A stretch of DNA of 64,000 nt, taken from assembly GCF_045037415.1 (NCBI RefSeq), contig NZ_CP173438.1. One strand, given 5' to 3'. The notes below the pieces were generated by a model. The model ran no database searches. It had not been told where the DNA came from and saw nothing but the letters and a program-made list of their open reading frames with translations. The first letter of the stretch is position 1; each line of letters begins with the position of its first letter. The stretch comes from Escherichia coli (GTDB lineage: Bacteria > Pseudomonadota > Gammaproteobacteria > Enterobacterales > Enterobacteriaceae). The position numbers and the translations under genes were made by a program. This document shows positions 1 through 11,341 of the stretch, in pieces.

Positions 1-539
1 CACGTTTCCAGAAAGAAGGCTTCCGCGTCGTGCCACCAGCGGCAGTGCGTCAGGGCGCGTTCATTGCCCGTAACACCGTGCTGATGCCGTCTTACGTCAA
101 CATCGGCGCATATGTTGATGAAGGCACCATGGTTGATACCTGGGCGACCGTCGGTTCCTGTGCGCAGATTGGTAAAAACGTCCACCTTTCCGGTGGCGTG
201 GGTATCGGCGGCGTGCTGGAGCCGCTGCAGGCTAACCCGACCATTATTGAAGATAACTGCTTCATCGGCGCACGCTCTGAAGTGGTTGAAGGGGTGATTG
301 TCGAAGAAGGTTCCGTCATCTCTATGGGCGTATACATTGGTCAGAGCACCCGTATTTATGACCGTGAAACCGGCGAAATCCACTACGGTCGCGTTCCGGC
401 AGGGTCTGTGGTTGTTTCAGGTAATCTGCCGTCGAAAGATGGCAAATACAGTCTCTACTGTGCAGTTATCGTTAAGAAAGTTGACGCGAAAACTCGCGGT
501 AAAGTTGGTATTAACGAACTGCTGCGTACCATCGACTAA
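1..539 (+). CDS. dapD: 2,3,4,5-tetrahydropyridine-2,6-dicarboxylate N-succinyltransferase, C-terminal part (gene begins upstream of window)
   Basis: ORF 30..539 translation matches the DapD hexapeptide-repeat C-terminus; frame stays open to the window edge, so M30 is an internal Met. Confidence 0.9.
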
Positions 540-550
540 AAGTATGTACA

Positions 551-571
551 CGGGCAGCACGACGCTGCCCG
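551..571 (+). terminator. stem-loop downstream of dapD (cgggcagc / gctgcccg)
   Basis: 8-bp perfect inverted repeat with 5-nt loop, 12 nt after the dapD stop; followed by ttgctttc. Confidence 0.45.
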
Positions 572-848
572 ATTGCTTTCTGGCTCAGAATAATTCGTCC
601 TACTCATTTTCCCCCTTTTTTAAATACGTTTTCATCTTGTTTCGGACTGTCATGTAATTCGCAAAATGAAGATAAATGTGCTAATCCATCCCATGGAATA
701 TCATCACAATAAAGCAGGTAATTTTTTGATTTTTACGCCATGATAGAAGTCTGGAAGAAAAAGGCTTTCTGCGATCACAGTCGAGCCGGGCGGGCCAGGC
801 CAAATGCTAAAATAAGCACAATTTACTGACTCATTTTGAGGTAACGCT

Positions 849-1235
849 ATGTACGACAATCTGAAAAGTCTGGGTATTACCAATCCTGAAGAAATTGATC
901 GTTACAGCCTCCGGCAGGAAGCCAACAACGATATTCTGAAAATCTATTTCCAGAAAGACAAAGGCGAGTTTTTCGCCAAGAGCGTGAAGTTTAAATATCC
1001 GCGTCAGCGTAAAACGGTTGTCGCTGATGGTGTGGGGCAGGGTTATAAAGAAGTCCAGGAAATCAGCCCGAATCTACGGTATATCATTGATGAGCTTGAT
1101 CAAATCTGCCAGCGTGACCGCAGCGAAGTTGATCTTAAGCGTAAGATCCTCGATGACTTACGTCACCTGGAGTCAGTAGTAACCAATAAGATCAGCGAGA
1201 TTGAAGCCGATCTGGAAAAACTGACGCGTAAATAA
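849..1235 (+). CDS. yaeH: UPF0325 family protein YaeH
   Basis: 128-aa ORF recognised as YaeH by translation; ATG at 849. Confidence 0.85.
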   Translation: MYDNLKSLGITNPEEIDRYSLRQEANNDILKIYFQKDKGEFFAKSVKFKYPRQRKTVVADGVGQGYKEVQEISPNLRYIIDELDQICQRDRSEVDLKRKILDDLRHLESVVTNKISEIEADLEKLTRK

Positions 1236-1248
1236 TGTCATTCTGTGG

Positions 1249-1270
1249 GCCGGGTAAAGTCTCACCCGGC
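1249..1270. terminator. hairpin between convergent yaeH and cdaR
   Basis: gccgggt ... acccggc inverted repeat followed by taattttg. Confidence 0.5.
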
Positions 1271-1288
1271 TGTAATTTTGTAATCGAC

Positions 1289-2446
1289 CTACCGCTCTTC
1301 ATCCAGTTGTAACGCCACATACAGCAGCAACCTGTCATCAAAATTGCCCAAATCAAGCCCGGTCAGTTCCGATATACGATTAAGCCGATATTCCAGAGTA
1401 TTACGATGAATAAACAACGCCTTTGACGTTGCCAGCGGTTGCACATTGTGGCGAAACCACGCCGCCAGAGTTCGCCGCAGCAAGCCGTTATTGTCCATCG
1501 CTTTCAGCCGCGCCAGCGGTCGCGCCAGTTCGTTGGCCTGCCAGTCGCCACGCAAACTGTCGAGTAACACAGGTAACATCAGATCCTGATAAAAATAGCA
1601 GCGACTTTCTGGCATCCGCTGTTTACCCACCACCATCGTCGTTTTCGCCGTACGATAGGATCGGGCAATACTGCCAGGACCGGTAAAATAGTTGCCCAGC
1701 GAAACGCGAAAACGCAGCTGGCCATACTCTTTCATGCGGGTAATCAGTTGTTCAACTCGCTTACGATGATCTTCTGCGTCCCAGCGCCCAAAAGAGTTCA
1801 ACGCCGGTTTCAACACCACCATTTCGGTTAGCGAGACAATCGCCACTAGATTATTACGCTCGGGCGTAGTCAGCGCATTTTGCAGTTGCTGTAACTCCGC
1901 CATTGCGCTGTCCACACCAAGCTGACCGCTGTCGACCTCAACAATAGCCACCACTCGCGGTTGATTGAGATCGATCCCCAGCCGTTGCGCCCATTCAGTA
2001 AGTGCGGGAGTATTCTCCTCAGCCTGAATCAGGTTCATCACCAGTTCTTCCCGCAAACGGCTATCCTGCGCCAACAGGTGCATCAACCGCGACTGTTCCA
2101 GCATCATTTCAGCCGTCATGCAGACCAGTTCGCCATATTTACGCAGATTCTCTGGTTCACCTGTCAGGCCAATTACGCCGACAATTTCACCTTCCAGCCG
2201 TAACGGTAGATTAATCCCCTGCCGCACACCGTGCAGATGACGTGCCACCGCGTCATCGATATCGACGACTCGTCCTTGTGAAAGTACCAGCAATGCTCCT
2301 TCGTGCAATTCACCAATACGCTCACGATCGCCGCTGCCGATAATTCGCCCGCGGGCATCCATTACGTTGATATTGGTATCGATGATGCGCATGGTACGTG
2401 CCACAATATCCTGCGCCATTTTGGTATCAAGATGCCAACCAGCCAT
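1289..2446 (-). CDS. cdaR: carbohydrate diacid regulator CdaR (SdaR)
   Basis: ORF 1289..2464 translation; start moved to the MAGWHLDTKMAQ Met (385 aa) in line with the known N-terminus. Confidence 0.85.
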   Translation of the reverse strand: MAGWHLDTKMAQDIVARTMRIIDTNINVMDARGRIIGSGDRERIGELHEGALLVLSQGRVVDIDDAVARHLHGVRQGINLPLRLEGEIVGVIGLTGEPENLRKYGELVCMTAEMMLEQSRLMHLLAQDSRLREELVMNLIQAEENTPALTEWAQRLGIDLNQPRVVAIVEVDSGQLGVDSAMAELQQLQNALTTPERNNLVAIVSLTEMVVLKPALNSFGRWDAEDHRKRVEQLITRMKEYGQLRFRVSLGNYFTGPGSIARSYRTAKTTMVVGKQRMPESRCYFYQDLMLPVLLDSLRGDWQANELARPLARLKAMDNNGLLRRTLAAWFRHNVQPLATSKALFIHRNTLEYRLNRISELTGLDLGNFDDRLLLYVALQLDEER

Positions 2447-2564
2447 AAGTCCTCCATTATGCACGGCTTAGCATAAGGAAGTACGTAACGTACGGCATTG
2501 TGCAAATGCCCAAAGGATGATGAAGATGTATGGAGTTGTGGTGAAGTTCACAGATTGTAAGGAG

Positions 2565-2592
2565 AACCCCTTCCCGTTTTCAGGAAGGGGTT
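2565..2592 (-). terminator. stem-loop downstream of degP
   Basis: aaccccttcc / ggaaggggtt 10-bp inverted repeat just 3' of the degP stop; no clear T-tract. Confidence 0.4.
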
Positions 2593-2600
2593 GAGGGAGA

Positions 2601-4025
2601 TTACTGCATTAACAGGTAGATAGTGCTGTCGCCGCGCTGAATGTTCAGTGCCAGCACAGACGGTTTGCTGTCGAGAACTTTACGCAGTTCAGCGATGTTT
2701 TTCACTGCCTGCTGGTTCGCGCCAATAATCACATCACCTTTCTTCAGGCCGATCTGCGCAGCCGGAGTCCCCGTTTTCACGTTGTTCACCACCACGCCCT
2801 GATCTTTGCCTTTGTTACTCATCTCAGCGCCTTCAATGCCGTTGAAGATGGTGCTGGAATCAACCTGATTCTGGCTGCTCTGCTGAAGTTCCAGGTTCAC
2901 GTTAACCTGCTTCCCGTCGCGCAGTAAGCCCAGGGTCAGTTTGCTACCTACCGGCATAGTGCCCACCTGAGCACGCAGTGCGGCAAAGCTGCTGATTGGC
3001 TTACCGTTCAGTGAGGTGATCACATCACCCGCTTTAATGCCCGCTTTCGCGGCGGAAGAATTCGGCAGAACCTGGCTTACGAAAGCACCGCGCTGAGCGT
3101 CAACTTTCATCGCTTTCGCCAGATCGGAGTTCAGCTCAGTGCCCATAATACCCAACTCACCACGTTTCACCTGGCCGTATTCCACCATCTGCGAGGTCAG
3201 GTTTTTCACCATGTTGCTCGGGATAGCAAAACCGATACCGATGTTTCCGCCGTCCGGTGCGAGGATCGCGGTGTTGATACCAATCAGTTCGCCGTTCAGG
3301 TTAACCAACGCACCACCTGAGTTACCCCGGTTGATCGCTGCATCGGTCTGGATGAAGTTTTCGTAGTTTTCAGCGTTCAGGCCGCTACGTCCCAGCGCAG
3401 AGACAATCCCGGAAGTTACTGTCTCGCCCAGGCCGAACGGGTTACCAATTGCTACGGTGTAATCACCCACGCGCAGCGCATCAGAATCCGCCATCTTAAT
3501 TGCGGTCAGGTTTTTCGGGTTCTGGATCTGGATCAACGCGATATCAGAGCGCGGATCTTTGCCAACCATCTTCGCGTCGAACTTACGACCATCGCTAAGC
3601 TGGACTTTAATCACCGTCGCGTTATCAACAACGTGGTTGTTGGTGACGACATAGCCTTTATCGGCATCAATGATGACGCCGGAACCCAGCGCCATGAATT
3701 TCTGTTGCTGGCCGCCGCCATTACCGCCCGGGCCCCCCTGGCAGAACGGAGAGCTCTGGAACGGAGAACCCTCCTGGCAGAACGGAGAATCATCACCGAA
3801 GAACTGCTGGAAATTACGCGGCATACGCGGCGTATTAACGGTTGTGCTACCTTCTACGTTAATGCTGACCACTGAAGGCATCACCTTTTCGAGCATCGGT
3901 GCAAGGCTTGGCATCTGCTGGGCTGTCGTTGCTGAAGAAGTCTCAGCCGCCGTTGCAGAGAGCGGAGATAACGCCAAACCTAAACTCAGAGCCAGTGCAC
4001 TCAGTGCTAATGTGGTTTTTTTCAT
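2601..4025 (-). CDS. degP: periplasmic serine endoprotease DegP/HtrA (trypsin domain + 2 PDZ)
   Basis: 474-aa translation with signal peptide, GNSGGAL serine protease motif, PDZ regions. Confidence 0.95.
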   Translation of the reverse strand: MKKTTLALSALALSLGLALSPLSATAAETSSATTAQQMPSLAPMLEKVMPSVVSINVEGSTTVNTPRMPRNFQQFFGDDSPFCQEGSPFQSSPFCQGGPGGNGGGQQQKFMALGSGVIIDADKGYVVTNNHVVDNATVIKVQLSDGRKFDAKMVGKDPRSDIALIQIQNPKNLTAIKMADSDALRVGDYTVAIGNPFGLGETVTSGIVSALGRSGLNAENYENFIQTDAAINRGNSGGALVNLNGELIGINTAILAPDGGNIGIGFAIPSNMVKNLTSQMVEYGQVKRGELGIMGTELNSDLAKAMKVDAQRGAFVSQVLPNSSAAKAGIKAGDVITSLNGKPISSFAALRAQVGTMPVGSKLTLGLLRDGKQVNVNLELQQSSQNQVDSSTIFNGIEGAEMSNKGKDQGVVVNNVKTGTPAAQIGLKKGDVIIGANQQAVKNIAELRKVLDSKPSVLALNIQRGDSTIYLLMQ

Positions 4026-4069
4026 GTATTTCAGTCTCGATTAACAGATAACGCAAAATTGCTGTGTTC

Positions 4070-4098
4070 TTCAGATTCGTTTTATAGCGCGAAGTTCC
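4070..4098 (-). promoter_or_regulatory. sigma-E type promoter of degP (-35 GGAACTT, 16-nt spacer, -10 TCTGA)
   Basis: Minus-strand sequence cggaacttcgcgctataaaacgaatctgaagaac read directly; matches the sigma-E consensus and the degP promoter as recalled. Confidence 0.6.
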
Positions 4099-4154
4099 GA
4101 ACTAAAGTTTCTGCAAAAGGTAAAAATTTATTGTTCGTCTTTACAAAAGCCTGG

Positions 4155-5672
4155 TTATTGTTCTACGGCCATCAGACGTCGGTATTCATCCCACGCATAG
4201 AGGTCGGTCATACCGCTGATATAATCCTGCAGCAGGCGGCAACGGTAATAATATTCCCATAGCGGAAACTCAGGAGAATCTGACGGTAATTTACTGACAG
4301 CCTCGACATAGGCCAGCCGATGGCGCGTCGAGAGTTTGTGGAATAAGCGCGTTTCAATAGGGAAACGTTTCACCCGTTCTTTTTCTACCAGTTCAGTAAA
4401 GTCTGATAACGGCAGGTTTAATAAAGGACGATAAATCTCTAATAATCCGCTAATGACCCGATAGCCCTGCAATTCAAGCTGCTCGACATCTGGATGGCTA
4501 AACACATGTTTTACAGCGACATTTTTATATAGCTTAAGAAGATCGCTGCATTCGCTGGCATCTTCCAATAATGCATGATTAAACGTTCCGGCGAAAATCG
4601 CAGGCAGATTATCAATAAATCGTTGTGCCGCGTAGGGTACCAGTTTATTTAGGGTGTTTACCCGTAAATACATAAAAAACTGATCTTCCGTACTGCGGCT
4701 TAAACTATTTGAGCGTGATTTTTCCCAGGCATTTTCAACCACCAGCGAAAAGAGCGAACCTTTCTCATGCTGGCCCCACGCCTCGTGCAAATGATGATAA
4801 AGCTGCTCAACGGTAAATATCCTTTTCTCTACCGCATCTTCAAGGTCTGCCACACAATAGGAGATGTCGTCGGCAGCTTCCATAATCCACGTTAACGGAA
4901 AACGACTGTAAAGCGCCAAATTAAGTTCTTTACGCAACCGGGCAATATAGGCTTCTTCGGAAAGATAATAGCCCGGCTTTTTCATTAAATAGTGATGTGT
5001 CTCAGGCGTTTCACCACGCCACCACGCCGGACGGGTATATTTTAAAATACCGCCAACCTGCGCCCAGGTGAGATTCATCCGCATCAATGTATGCACCAAA
5101 CGAATACCCTGTGCGTTACCTTCAAAATGACATAAGTCCTGACGAATCTTGCGCCGCAGCGCGTTAAGCGGTTCTTCCCCGTCCCGTAAACGTAGTGCCG
5201 CCACGCTGCAGCGATCGTCAGTCAGAGGCTGGCTTTCGGCATCTTCCGGGTACAAACGCTGGCGAAACCAGTCATTTATCGCCGCTTCGCCAAAATGACC
5301 AAACGGCGGATTGCCGATATCGTGCATCAGGCATGACATCTCAACAATGCTTTCAAAGGGCCCGGTCAGTTCATCGAGACCATACGTCTCCAGTAATTTA
5401 AGCTCTTTCAGGCGGCTTAAAATCTCTTTAGCGATATAACGCCCCACCTGCTGGACTTCCATCGAGTGGGTAAGACGCGTGCGCACGGCGGCATTGCGCT
5501 CCAGTGGAAAAACCTGGGTCTTTTGTTGCAGACGACGAATTGCCGGAGAGTTGATGATACGCCCGCGATCGCTCTCGAAGATCCGCAGAATCTCATGTTC
5601 GGTTTTAACGCCCTGCGGTGAACGGTAACGACGATGCCAGTTTATTTTTTTTCGGAAATCAATCTGTGCCAT
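4155..5672 (-). CDS. dgt: dGTP triphosphohydrolase
   Basis: 505-aa translation, HD-domain dGTPase, conserved position after degP. Confidence 0.95.
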   Translation of the reverse strand: MAQIDFRKKINWHRRYRSPQGVKTEHEILRIFESDRGRIINSPAIRRLQQKTQVFPLERNAAVRTRLTHSMEVQQVGRYIAKEILSRLKELKLLETYGLDELTGPFESIVEMSCLMHDIGNPPFGHFGEAAINDWFRQRLYPEDAESQPLTDDRCSVAALRLRDGEEPLNALRRKIRQDLCHFEGNAQGIRLVHTLMRMNLTWAQVGGILKYTRPAWWRGETPETHHYLMKKPGYYLSEEAYIARLRKELNLALYSRFPLTWIMEAADDISYCVADLEDAVEKRIFTVEQLYHHLHEAWGQHEKGSLFSLVVENAWEKSRSNSLSRSTEDQFFMYLRVNTLNKLVPYAAQRFIDNLPAIFAGTFNHALLEDASECSDLLKLYKNVAVKHVFSHPDVEQLELQGYRVISGLLEIYRPLLNLPLSDFTELVEKERVKRFPIETRLFHKLSTRHRLAYVEAVSKLPSDSPEFPLWEYYYRCRLLQDYISGMTDLYAWDEYRRLMAVEQ

Positions 5673-5755
5673 GTCCTCTCCCGCGTGAGAAATACGCTTC
5701 CCCGTAAGCGCATGGTAAACTATGCCTTCAAATCGGGCTTATCGCGAGTAAATCT

Positions 5756-6454
5756 ATGAAAATCGGCATCATTGGTGCAATGGAAGAAGAAGTTACGCTG
5801 CTGCGTGACAAAATCGAAAACCGTCAAACTATCAGTCTGGGCGGTTGCGAAATCTATACCGGCCAACTGAATGGAACCGAGGTTGCGCTTCTGAAATCGG
5901 GCATCGGTAAAGTCGCTGCGGCGCTGGGTGCCACTTTGCTGTTGGAACACTGCAAGCCAGATGTGATTATTAACACCGGTTCTGCCGGTGGCCTGGCACC
6001 AACGCTGAAAGTGGGCGATATCGTTGTCTCGGACGAAGCGCGTTATCACGACGCGGATGTCACGGCATTTGGTTATGAATACGGTCAGTTACCAGGCTGC
6101 CCGGCAGGCTTCAAAGCTGACGATAAACTGATCGCTGCCGCTGAGGCCTGCATTGCCGAACTGAATCTTAACGCTGTACGTGGCCTGATTGTTAGCGGCG
6201 ACGCTTTCATCAACGGTTCTGTTGGTCTGGCGAAAATCCGCCACAACTTCCCACAGGCCATTGCTGTAGAGATGGAAGCGACGGCAATCGCCCATGTCTG
6301 CCACAATTTCAACGTCCCGTTTGTCGTAGTACGCGCCATCTCCGACGTGGCCGATCAACAGTCTCATCTTAGCTTCGATGAGTTCCTGGCTGTTGCCGCT
6401 AAACAGTCCAGCCTGATGGTTGAGTCACTGGTGCAGAAACTGGCACATGGCTAA
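5756..6454 (+). CDS. mtnN: 5'-methylthioadenosine/S-adenosylhomocysteine nucleosidase
   Basis: 232-aa translation ([12 protein letters not shown]...); known Pfs/MtnN. Confidence 0.95.
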   Translation: MKIGIIGAMEEEVTLLRDKIENRQTISLGGCEIYTGQLNGTEVALLKSGIGKVAAALGATLLLEHCKPDVIINTGSAGGLAPTLKVGDIVVSDEARYHDADVTAFGYEYGQLPGCPAGFKADDKLIAAAEACIAELNLNAVRGLIVSGDAFINGSVGLAKIRHNFPQAIAVEMEATAIAHVCHNFNVPFVVVRAISDVADQQSHLSFDEFLAVAAKQSSLMVESLVQKLAHG

Positions 6455-7247
6455 GTCACTGTTCAGGGCGCTGGTCGCCCTGTCTTTTCTCGCGCCGCTG
6501 TGGCTCAATGCCGCGCCGCGCGTCATCACGCTTTCTCCCGCCAACACTGAACTTGCCTTTGCCGCCGGGATCACGCCGGTTGGGGTCAGCAGCTATTCCG
6601 ACTATCCTCCACAAGCGCAAAAGATTGAGCAGGTTTCCACCTGGCAGGGGATGAATCTGGAACGCATTGTCGCGCTGAAACCCGATCTGGTGATTGCCTG
6701 GCGTGGAGGTAATGCCGAGCGGCAGGTTGACCAGCTGGCTTCGCTGGGAATAAAAGTGATGTGGGTCGATGCGACAAGCATTGAACAAATTGCCAATGCG
6801 TTACGTCAACTGGCCCCCTGGAGTCCGCAACCGGATAAGGCCGAACAAGCCGCGCAATCCCTGCTGGATCAGTACGCGCAATTGAAAGCGCAATATGCTG
6901 ATAAACCTAAAAAACGTGTTTTTCTGCAATTCGGCATTAATCCGCCATTTACCAGTGGAAAAGAGTCGATTCAGAACCAGGTACTCGAAGTTTGTGGCGG
7001 AGAAAACATCTTTAAAGACAGCCGGGTTCCCTGGCCGCAAGTTAGCCGCGAACAGGTGTTAGCACGCTCGCCACAGGCGATTGTCATTACAGGCGGACCG
7101 GACCAAATTCCTAAAATCAAACAATACTGGGGTGAACAGCTCAAAATTCCCGTTATTCCTCTCACGAGTGACTGGTTTGAACGTGCAAGCCCACGTATTA
7201 TCCTCGCTGCACAACAGCTCTGTAATGCGCTTTCACAGGTAGATTAG
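6447..7247 (+). CDS. btuF: vitamin B12 periplasmic binding protein BtuF
   Basis: ORF 6420..7247; start placed at ATG 6447 (MAKSLFRAL... signal peptide, 266 aa), overlapping the mtnN stop. Confidence 0.9.
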   Translation: MAKSLFRALVALSFLAPLWLNAAPRVITLSPANTELAFAAGITPVGVSSYSDYPPQAQKIEQVSTWQGMNLERIVALKPDLVIAWRGGNAERQVDQLASLGIKVMWVDATSIEQIANALRQLAPWSPQPDKAEQAAQSLLDQYAQLKAQYADKPKKRVFLQFGINPPFTSGKESIQNQVLEVCGGENIFKDSRVPWPQVSREQVLARSPQAIVITGGPDQIPKIKQYWGEQLKIPVIPLTSDWFERASPRIILAAQQLCNALSQVD

Positions 7248-7284
7248 TGCCTGACCTTTTCAGGTGCTCAGTGGGGATTGAACA

Positions 7285-7908
7285 ATGCTCGTCTATTGGC
7301 TGGATATAGTCGGCACAGCGGTATTTGCTATCTCTGGCGTTTTGTTAGCCGGAAAATTGCGTATGGACCCTTTTGGTGTTCTGGTATTGGGCGTGGTTAC
7401 CGCAGTAGGCGGCGGAACAATTCGCGACATGGCGCTGGATCACGGCCCGGTATTTTGGGTGAAAGATCCCACCGATCTGGTCGTTGCAATGGTCACCAGC
7501 ATGCTGACCATCGTGCTGGTGCGCCAGCCAAGACGCTTACCAAAATGGATGTTGCCGGTGCTGGACGCCGTTGGTCTGGCGGTGTTTGTCGGCATTGGCG
7601 TGAATAAAGCCTTTAATGCGGAAGCCGGTCCGTTAATCGCGGTTTGTATGGGCGTCATTACTGGCGTTGGCGGCGGAATCATTCGTGATGTACTGGCCCG
7701 CGAAATCCCCATGATTTTACGTACAGAAATCTACGCAACTGCCTGTATTATCGGCGGTATTGTCCACGCTACGGCTTATTACACATTTTCCGTACCACTG
7801 GAAACAGCCAGTATGATGGGCATGGTCGTGACGCTATTGATTCGGCTGGCGGCTATTCGTTGGCATCTTAAGCTACCGACGTTTGCGCTGGATGAGAATG
7901 GTCGTTGA
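7285..7908 (+). CDS. yadS: UPF0126 inner membrane protein YadS
   Basis: 207-aa hydrophobic translation with duplicated G-rich membrane motif. Confidence 0.85.
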   Translation: MLVYWLDIVGTAVFAISGVLLAGKLRMDPFGVLVLGVVTAVGGGTIRDMALDHGPVFWVKDPTDLVVAMVTSMLTIVLVRQPRRLPKWMLPVLDAVGLAVFVGIGVNKAFNAEAGPLIAVCMGVITGVGGGIIRDVLAREIPMILRTEIYATACIIGGIVHATAYYTFSVPLETASMMGMVVTLLIRLAAIRWHLKLPTFALDENGR

Positions 7909-7917
7909 AGAGAGGAG

Positions 7918-7944
7918 ATGTGCCGGATAGTTTATCCGGCACAT
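7918..7944. terminator. 12-bp perfect hairpin between convergent yadS and erpA
   Basis: atgtgccggata gtt tatccggcacat read directly. Confidence 0.45.
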
Positions 7945-7954
7945 GAACAGCAGA

Positions 7955-8299
7955 TTAGATACTAAAGGAAGAACCGCAACCGCAGGTGCTTTTCGCGTTC
8001 GGGTTGGTCACGATGAAACGAGAACCTTCCAGACCTTCGGTATAGTCAACGGAACCGCCGACCAGATATTGCAGGCTCATCGGATCAACCACCAGGCCAA
8101 CGCCCTGTTTTTCGATGGTCATATCGCCTTCGTTCACCTGATCATCAAAGGTGAAACCATACTGGAAGCCGCTGCAACCGCCACCGGTGATATACACGCG
8201 TAATTTCAGATTCGGGTTATCTTCGTCAGCGATCAGGCTTTTAACTTTGTTGGCTGCTGCGTCGGTAAACTCCAGCGGCAGTGCTACGTCATCACTCAT
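7955..8299 (-). CDS. erpA: iron-sulfur cluster insertion protein ErpA (A-type carrier)
   Basis: ORF 7955..8332; start moved to [11 protein letters not shown] (114 aa); C-terminal CGCGSSF cluster-binding motif. Confidence 0.9.
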
Positions 8300-8380
8300 A
8301 TTTTGCTCCAAACGACATCGGCAATTGGGCAAATTCTAACCCAATAATAATCGCCATTATCTAATACCCTGGTATTTCGT

Positions 8381-9820
<1,440 letters not shown>

Positions 9821-10026
9821 TCATACAAATAAGATGACGGCATTTTACTCGCACGTTCCATGAAAATCCTTTGCAAAGCGTAATGTTTCAAATGCACAAA
9901 ACTTTTATACTCTAAGAAATCAGGATTGCACCAGTACAAGCAGCCTGATGTTTGACGAGTATTTAACTTGTTATGAATAACATAGAATAGCAGCCATTCA
10001 CTTTTTCTACGAATCAGGAACCCTCC

Positions 10027-11307
10027 ATGAGTAAGTCTGAAAATCTTTACAGCGCAGCGCGCGAGCTGATCCCTGGCGGCGTGAACTCCCCTGTTCGCGC
10101 CTTTACTGGCGTGGGCGGCACTCCACTGTTTATCGAAAAAGCGGACGGCGCTTATCTGTACGATGTTGATGGCAAAGCCTATATCGATTATGTCGGTTCC
10201 TGGGGGCCGATGGTGCTGGGCCATAACCATCCGGCGATCCGCAATGCCGTGATTGAAGCCGCCGAGCGTGGTTTAAGCTTTGGTGCACCAACCGAAATGG
10301 AAGTGAAAATGGCGCAACTGGTGACCGAACTGGTCCCGACCATGGATATGGTGCGCATGGTGAACTCCGGCACCGAGGCGACGATGAGCGCCATCCGCCT
10401 GGCCCGTGGTTTTACCGGTCGCGACAAAATTATTAAATTTGAAGGTTGTTACCACGGTCACGCTGACTGCTTGCTGGTGAAAGCCGGTTCTGGCGCACTC
10501 ACGTTAGGCCAGCCAAATTCGCCGGGTGTTCCGGCAGATTTCGCCAAACATACCTTAACCTGTACTTATAACGATCTGGCCTCTGTACGCGCCGCGTTTG
10601 AGCAATACCCGCAAGAGATTGCCTGTATTATCGTCGAGCCGGTGGCAGGCAATATGAACTGCGTGCCACCGCTGCCAGAGTTCCTGCCAGGTCTGCGCGC
10701 GCTGTGCGACGAATTTGGCGCGTTGCTGATCATCGATGAAGTGATGACCGGTTTCCGCGTAGCGCTAGCTGGCGCACAGGATTATTACGGTGTGGAACCG
10801 GATCTCACCTGCCTCGGCAAAATCATCGGCGGTGGAATGCCGGTAGGCGCATTCGGTGGTCGTCGTGATGTAATGGATGCGCTGGCCCCGACCGGTCCGG
10901 TCTATCAGGCGGGTACGCTTTCCGGTAACCCGATTGCGATGGCTGCTGGTTTCGCCTGTCTGAATGAAGTCGCACAGCCGGGCGTTCACGAGACGCTGGA
11001 TGAGCTGACAACACGTCTGGCAGAAGGTCTGCGGGAAGCGGCAGAAGAAGCCGGAATTCCGCTGGTGGTAAACCACGTTGGCGGCATGTTCGGTATTTTC
11101 TTTACCGACGCCGAGTCCGTGACATGCTACCAGGATGTGATGTCCTGTGACGTGGAACGCTTTAAACGTTTCTTCCATATGATGCTGGACGAAGGTGTTT
11201 ATCTGGCACCGTCAGCGTTTGAAGCGGGCTTTATGTCTGTGGCGCACAGCATGGAAGATATCAATAACACCATCGATGCTGCACGTCGGGTGTTTGCGAA
11301 GTTGTGA
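10027..11307 (+). CDS. hemL: glutamate-1-semialdehyde 2,1-aminomutase
   Basis: 426-aa translation, class-III aminotransferase. Confidence 0.95.
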   Translation: MSKSENLYSAARELIPGGVNSPVRAFTGVGGTPLFIEKADGAYLYDVDGKAYIDYVGSWGPMVLGHNHPAIRNAVIEAAERGLSFGAPTEMEVKMAQLVTELVPTMDMVRMVNSGTEATMSAIRLARGFTGRDKIIKFEGCYHGHADCLLVKAGSGALTLGQPNSPGVPADFAKHTLTCTYNDLASVRAAFEQYPQEIACIIVEPVAGNMNCVPPLPEFLPGLRALCDEFGALLIIDEVMTGFRVALAGAQDYYGVEPDLTCLGKIIGGGMPVGAFGGRRDVMDALAPTGPVYQAGTLSGNPIAMAAGFACLNEVAQPGVHETLDELTTRLAEGLREAAEEAGIPLVVNHVGGMFGIFFTDAESVTCYQDVMSCDVERFKRFFHMMLDEGVYLAPSAFEAGFMSVAHSMEDINNTIDAARRVFAKL

Positions 11308-11313
11308 TGATTT

Positions 11314-11336
11314 TGCCTCGCCCACCGGGCGAGGCA
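11314..11336. terminator. hairpin between convergent hemL and fhuB
   Basis: tgcctcgccc acc gggcgaggca 10-bp inverted repeat. Confidence 0.45.
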
Positions 11337-11341
11337 TCCTA

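Noticed and set aside
30-539. dapD called as a complete 169-aa ORF starting at M30
   Set aside because: The reading frame is open to the window edge and DapD is about 274 aa; M30 is an internal methionine, so the feature is reported as a partial CDS.
10765-11178. 137-aa minus-strand ORF
   Set aside because: Antisense within hemL with no supporting features.
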